From a candidate division WOR-3 bacterium (GTDB lineage Bacteria; Hydrothermota; Hydrothermia; JBDRYB01): a stretch of 20,608 nucleotides of DNA. The stretch is from NCBI GenBank assembly GCA_049969615.1, contig JBMFOM010000024.1, forward strand, positions 1-20,608, in the 5' to 3' direction. Positions 16,496 to 20,608 of this stretch are shown piece by piece. Each line of letters opens with the position of its first letter. The first letter of the stretch is position 1. The notes below the pieces were generated by a model that was not told where the DNA came from, did not search any database, and saw nothing but the letters and a program-made list of their open reading frames with translations. The translations under genes were made by a program, and so were the position numbers.

Positions 16496-17326
16496 ATGAA
16501 GCTCCTTTTTGGCACAGCGGGCGTCCCGGCCAGAACAAAGGGCCAGGGCACGGACGAGGGCGTGAGGGAGGTAGCGAGGCTGGGCCTGGGATGTATGGAG
16601 CTGGAGTTTGTCCGCGGAGTCCACATGAACACTGCCCTGGCGACAAGGGTAAAGGCAATTGCGGATGAACTGGGTATCAGGCTATCCGTCCATGCCCCTT
16701 ACTGGATAAACCTGAATGCCAAAGAGAAGCCAAAGCTTGCCAGGTCGGAGGCCTACATCCTTGATTCTGCCAGGGTTGGTTTTGCCGCAGGCGCAAGGGA
16801 CATAGTTTTTCACCCAGCATTCTACACCGGGGATGAGGCCGCGCTCGTGCACGAGAGGGTCAAGGAATCCCTCGTCCGAATCCGGGAAACACTTGCGCAC
16901 GAGGGCATTGATGTCATCCTCAGGCCTGAGACAACTGGCAAACCAACCCAGTATGGCTCGCTGGAGGAGCTTGTTAGGCTCTCCTCGGAACTGCCAGGCG
17001 TTTTGCCATGCGTTGATTTCGCTCATCTTCACGCCAGGTCAGGTGGAGCGATGAACACCACGGAGGAGTTTCATGCGGCTGTTGACATCATTGAAAAAAG
17101 CCTTGGCTCATCCGCCCTCAATAACATGCACATACACATATCCGGCATAGTCTATACTGCCAAGGGCGAGCGCGAACACATTCCACTTGAGGAATCTGAT
17201 ATGAACTGGAGGGGTGTTCTTTCGGTTCTCCGAGAGAGGGGGGTTTCGGGAACCGTTATATCCGAAAGCCCGATCCTGGAGGATGACGCGCTCCTCATGA
17301 AGCAATTCTACGAGGGTTTGGCTTGA
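16496..17326 (+). CDS. nfo: Endonuclease IV-like (AP endonuclease 2) TIM-barrel, archaeal-type
   Basis: 'FGTAG', 'ELEFVRG', 'SVHAPYWINL', 'VFHP', 'ETTGK..QYGSLEE', 'DFAHLHAR', 'HIHISGI..GEREH', 'ISESP'. Start set at ATG 16496 rather than TTG 16484. Confidence 0.82.
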   Translation: MKLLFGTAGVPARTKGQGTDEGVREVARLGLGCMELEFVRGVHMNTALATRVKAIADELGIRLSVHAPYWINLNAKEKPKLARSEAYILDSARVGFAAGARDIVFHPAFYTGDEAALVHERVKESLVRIRETLAHEGIDVILRPETTGKPTQYGSLEELVRLSSELPGVLPCVDFAHLHARSGGAMNTTEEFHAAVDIIEKSLGSSALNNMHIHISGIVYTAKGEREHIPLEESDMNWRGVLSVLRERGVSGTVISESPILEDDALLMKQFYEGLA

Positions 17327-18060
17327 GGTGCCTCTCGGTAGCTGGATTTGATCCCTCCGGTTCCGCCGGCCTCCTGGTTGACCGTTTTGCCATTGAATCC
17401 ACCGGAGCAACTCCCCTTCTGGTCGTGGCCGCGCTTACCGCGCAGTCCTTGTCTGGTGCGAGGGCTGTCCTTCCGGTTTCGCCCGATTTTGTCCTTAGGC
17501 AGTTAGTTGCCCTTCTTGAGGACGGGAAAATATCCGCGGCCAAGACCGGTGTCCTTTTTTCAGCGGATAACATAAGGGCTGTAGCGTCATTTTTCAGGGA
17601 ACATCCCATGCCTCTGGTGATTGATCCGGTCATCAACGCCTCATCCGGCATACCTTTGCTTGAGCCGGGTGCGCTGGGTGTCCTCCGCAAGGAGCTGTTT
17701 CCCCTCGCGCGGCTCGTGACCCCCAATCTGGACGAGGCCGAGACATTGACAGGGATCAAACCCAGCGACCCAGAGGATATGGCAATGGTGGGCGAGTTGA
17801 TCTCCTCAATGGGCCCCACTGCTGTGCTTATCAAGGGGGGCCACCTTGATAAACCCATTGATCTCCTCTGGTCAGACGGCGTGGCGCGAATATTTCCCCA
17901 TGCCAGAAAACCCAATAAAAGGGGAACGGGTTGTGCTCTCTCCGCGGCCATCGCTGGCAGACTTGCCGTGGGTGCTGATCTCCCGGAAGCGGTCGCGTGG
18001 GGTATTGATTGGATACAGAGCATTTATCTTGAGCGCAGAGGTTCTCCTGACCAGGTATAA
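17323..18060 (+). CDS. thiD: Hydroxymethylpyrimidine/phosphomethylpyrimidine kinase (ThiD/PfkB family)
   Basis: 'AGFDPSGSAG..D', 'LTAQ', 'KTG', 'VIDPV', 'TPNLDEA', 'VLIKGGH', 'GTGCALSAAIA'. TTGA overlap with the nfo stop. Confidence 0.88.
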   Translation: MRCLSVAGFDPSGSAGLLVDRFAIESTGATPLLVVAALTAQSLSGARAVLPVSPDFVLRQLVALLEDGKISAAKTGVLFSADNIRAVASFFREHPMPLVIDPVINASSGIPLLEPGALGVLRKELFPLARLVTPNLDEAETLTGIKPSDPEDMAMVGELISSMGPTAVLIKGGHLDKPIDLLWSDGVARIFPHARKPNKRGTGCALSAAIAGRLAVGADLPEAVAWGIDWIQSIYLERRGSPDQV

Positions 18061-18101
18061 CAGAGGCACTCGCTCCATTCTGTCCCTTAAAATATTGGAC
18101 C

Positions 18102-19433
18102 ATGAAACATCCGTTTGAGCCTTTCAAGATCAAGATAACCGAGCCAATAACCATAACAACCAGAGAGGAAAGGCAATCAGCGCTTGCCTCCGCGAGATAC
18201 AACCTGTTCCGGATTCCTTCAAGGACTGTGATGGTTGATCTTCTCACTGACTCCGGCACCGGGGCCATGAGCCAGGATCAGCTCTCTGCGATGATGTCAG
18301 CGGACGAATCCTACGCTTGCCCGAGGTCATGGGAGCGTTTTGAGACCGCTGTCCAGGAATTCACGGGAATGCCGCATGTGATCCCTGTTCACCAGGGTAG
18401 GGCAGGCGAGAGGGTTGTCTGCGCGGCGGTTCTGGAAAAGGGGGATGTGGTTCTCTCAAACACCCTTTTTGAGACCACAAGGGAAAACATTGAATATGAG
18501 GGAGCCCGTGGCATTGATCTACCCTGTCCGGAATCCGCCGACATATTCTTGGATAGCCCGTTCAAGGGCAACATTGATCTGGAGGCGCTTGAAGATCGCC
18601 TCAAGGGGGGTGGCATCAGGGCTGTTGTGATGACATTGACCAACAACTTTGGCGGAGGTCAACCCGCCTCTTTTGAGAACATCCGGCTCGCCTCCGGACT
18701 GGCAAAAGAACACGGCGCGCTCGTGTGGGTGGATGCCTGCAGGATAGCGGAGAACGCTTATTTCATAAAACAAAGGGAGGGAATAGATAAGCCGGTCTCC
18801 GAGATAATCCGGGACATACTGCATCTTGCTGATATAGCCACTCTCAGCACCAAGAAAGATTTCCTCACCCACACCGGCGGGTTTGTCGTGACCAGAGACG
18901 AAGCTATTGCCCGGAGCATAAGGGAGACAATGATCATTTGGGAGGGTTTTCCGGCTTATGGCGGGATGGCCAGGAGAGACCTTGAAGCAATAGTGCAAGG
19001 GCTTTCCGAGGCCACTGATGAGGATCACCTGGGATACAGGATTGCCCAAGTTGCTTATCTCGCTGAGGGCCTGAGAGATTCGGGTTTCCCGTTGCTCTGG
19101 CCGCCAGGGGGCCATGCTGTCTATATTGACGCTTCAGGGGCATTGCCACACATACCCAGAGAGGAGTTTCCCGGCCACGCTCTTGCCTGCGCTTTTTACA
19201 CGGAGGGAGGGGTAAGGGGGACCGAGACCGATTCTCTCCTTTTCAGGGTGGATTCCCCGCGCGACCTGCTTCGCCTCGCCGTCCCGAGAAGGGTCTATAC
19301 GCAGTCCCATCTGGATCATGTGATTGAAACAGGTGTTGAGATACTTTCAAAGAACAGTTTGATCAAGGGCTACCGGCTCGCCTACGCTCCCCGTAAACTC
19401 AAGTTTTTCCTCGCTGAATACGAGCCGGTCTAA
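18102..19433 (+). CDS. tnaA: Tryptophanase / tyrosine phenol-lyase family PLP beta-eliminating lyase (backbone more tryptophanase-like; substrate uncertain)
   Basis: 'EPFKIK', 'DLLTDSGT', 'DESY', 'HQGR', 'GGQP', 'DACR.AENAYFIK', PLP 'STKKD', 'GGHAVYIDA', 'RLAVPRRVY'. Confidence 0.8.
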   Translation: MKHPFEPFKIKITEPITITTREERQSALASARYNLFRIPSRTVMVDLLTDSGTGAMSQDQLSAMMSADESYACPRSWERFETAVQEFTGMPHVIPVHQGRAGERVVCAAVLEKGDVVLSNTLFETTRENIEYEGARGIDLPCPESADIFLDSPFKGNIDLEALEDRLKGGGIRAVVMTLTNNFGGGQPASFENIRLASGLAKEHGALVWVDACRIAENAYFIKQREGIDKPVSEIIRDILHLADIATLSTKKDFLTHTGGFVVTRDEAIARSIRETMIIWEGFPAYGGMARRDLEAIVQGLSEATDEDHLGYRIAQVAYLAEGLRDSGFPLLWPPGGHAVYIDASGALPHIPREEFPGHALACAFYTEGGVRGTETDSLLFRVDSPRDLLRLAVPRRVYTQSHLDHVIETGVEILSKNSLIKGYRLAYAPRKLKFFLAEYEPV

Positions 19434-19460
19434 TTACGGCGTGATTTTCTCGCTATGAAA

Positions 19461-19533
19461 CCCCTTAAAAATCCCGCTGGCTATGATGAAGCGCCCGGAT
19501 AGGGACCAAGGACAAACCGGGATTTTTCAGGGG
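19461..19533. repeat. 16-bp inverted repeat enclosing 41 bp
   Basis: CCCCTTAAAAATCCCG (19461-19476) vs CGGGATTTTTCAGGGG (19518-19533), 15/16 complementary. Lies in a convergent intergenic region. Confidence 0.7.
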
Positions 19534-19675
19534 CCCTATTGGACAAATTGCTCCTGGCCCAAACCAACAAGTTATTGCTACTTTATCAAAGACCCCCTTA
19601 TTTTATCAGCAAAATCCGGATCCCGGATCCTCAAGGCCGGGGCCGAGAAGGTGCAAATACGGCCAGGGCTGGGGA

Positions 19676-20500
19676 TTATCTTACGACTGCTTTGCCCCTG
19701 TGTGCTCCAGCCCTCCAGAGGTAGACCCCTTGGCCGAGGCTTATCCGGTTCTGGCCCTTCTCAAGGTTGCCGGAATATGCGAGCCTGCCGTCAGCTGAGT
19801 ATATCCTTATTCCGAGCTCGGCCTTTGAATTGAACACGAGGCCGCCGGATACAGGGGAGCAGGTTATTCCGGGTTCATATGAGGTGTCCTGCTCGTAAAG
19901 CTCAGCTGGCGGGCACGCGTCGGTTATCGTGAGGGTTGGTGTTGTCACAGTTGGCGAACAGATTGCACCCAGGGAAGGTGATGATGTGCTCGGGGATGGC
20001 GAGGATGTGCTCGGGGTTGGGGTACCCACGGTCGGTGAGCAGGCCTGAACACACCCAGGGTAGTTCCCGTCCTGATCCAGCTTGAGCACGAGGAAATCCC
20101 AATTGCCGGCGCCGAAACTCCGTATGTATCCCGCTACCGCATAGCCTCCGTCGGAGGTCTGGGTTATGGAGTAGGCATAGTCATCGCTCGTCCCTCCGAA
20201 TGTCCTGGCCCAGGAAACTGAGCCGTTGCTCGTGAGCTTGAGCACGAGGAAATCAGTAGCGCCGGCGCCGAAACTATATGTGTATCCCGCTACCGCATAG
20301 CCTCCATCAGAGGTCTGGGTTATGGAGAAGGCCCAGTCTTCGTTCGTCCCCCCGAATGTCCTGGCCCAGGAAAGAGAGCCATTGCTAGCGAGCTTGAGCA
20401 CGAGGAAATCATTCATGCCGGCGCCGAAACTCCATGTCCCTCCCGCTACCGCATAGCCTCCATCAGGGGTCTGGGTTATGGAGTAGGCATTGTCATACAT
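19676..20500 (-). pseudogene. 5'-truncated beta-propeller repeat protein with Pro/Ser/Thr linker and T9SS-like CTD
   Basis: About 2.7 copies of a 52-aa repeat. Begins mid-repeat with no signal peptide, and an in-frame TAA lies 9 codons upstream. CTD 'RIYSADGRL...LGQGVYLW...KAVVR'. Confidence 0.6.
20079..20497 (-). repeat. 156-bp tandem coding repeats (propeller blades)
   Basis: CTTGAGCACGAGGAAATC recurs at 20081, 20237 and 20393 (period 156). Units 1 and 2 differ at 23 of 156 nt by my count. Confidence 0.92.
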
Positions 20501-20608
20501 GATACCCGTTTTTGGGGCAGGATATTACTCTTGCCAGATACCGCGAAGGATGAGATGGGAAACCCTATAGGCCCCAGCGACACCACAGCGGTGGTTCGGG
20601 TTCACATC

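Noticed and set aside
19983..20016. 21-bp tandem duplication
   Set aside because: Ordinary slippage in a Pro/Ser/Thr linker (PSTSSPS x2).

Overview
Mostly housekeeping chromosomal DNA from a diderm bacterium. T9SS-like C-terminal sorting domains and beta-barrel proteins suggest an FCB-related lineage such as WOR-3 (inference only). Gene order: 5'-partial Cys-rich lipoprotein; secreted beta-propeller with T9SS-like CTD; tRNA-Pro(TGG); minus-strand operon [FadL/PorV-like barrel-dnaX-ybaB-recR]; then on + trxB, tldD-pmbA-small barrel, alr, gcvH-gcvPA-bactofilin-cstA, winged-helix protein, archaeal-type endonuclease IV-thiD, tryptophanase/TPL-family lyase; finally a 5'-truncated minus-strand beta-propeller/CTD gene. 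Main unexplained signals: (1) a ~141-180 bp nested inverted-repeat element in two copies that supplies the stop codons of trxB and cstA, with structure-preserving differences and a fixed-distance downstream motif; (2) 156-bp propeller repeats with a near-invariant scaffold but hypervariable codons; (3) a recurrent TTGATC-N17/18-TATAAT promoter and apparent leaderless genes; (4) a beta-eliminating lyase whose specificity residues match neither TnaA nor TPL. No CRISPR array, integrase or transposase is present.
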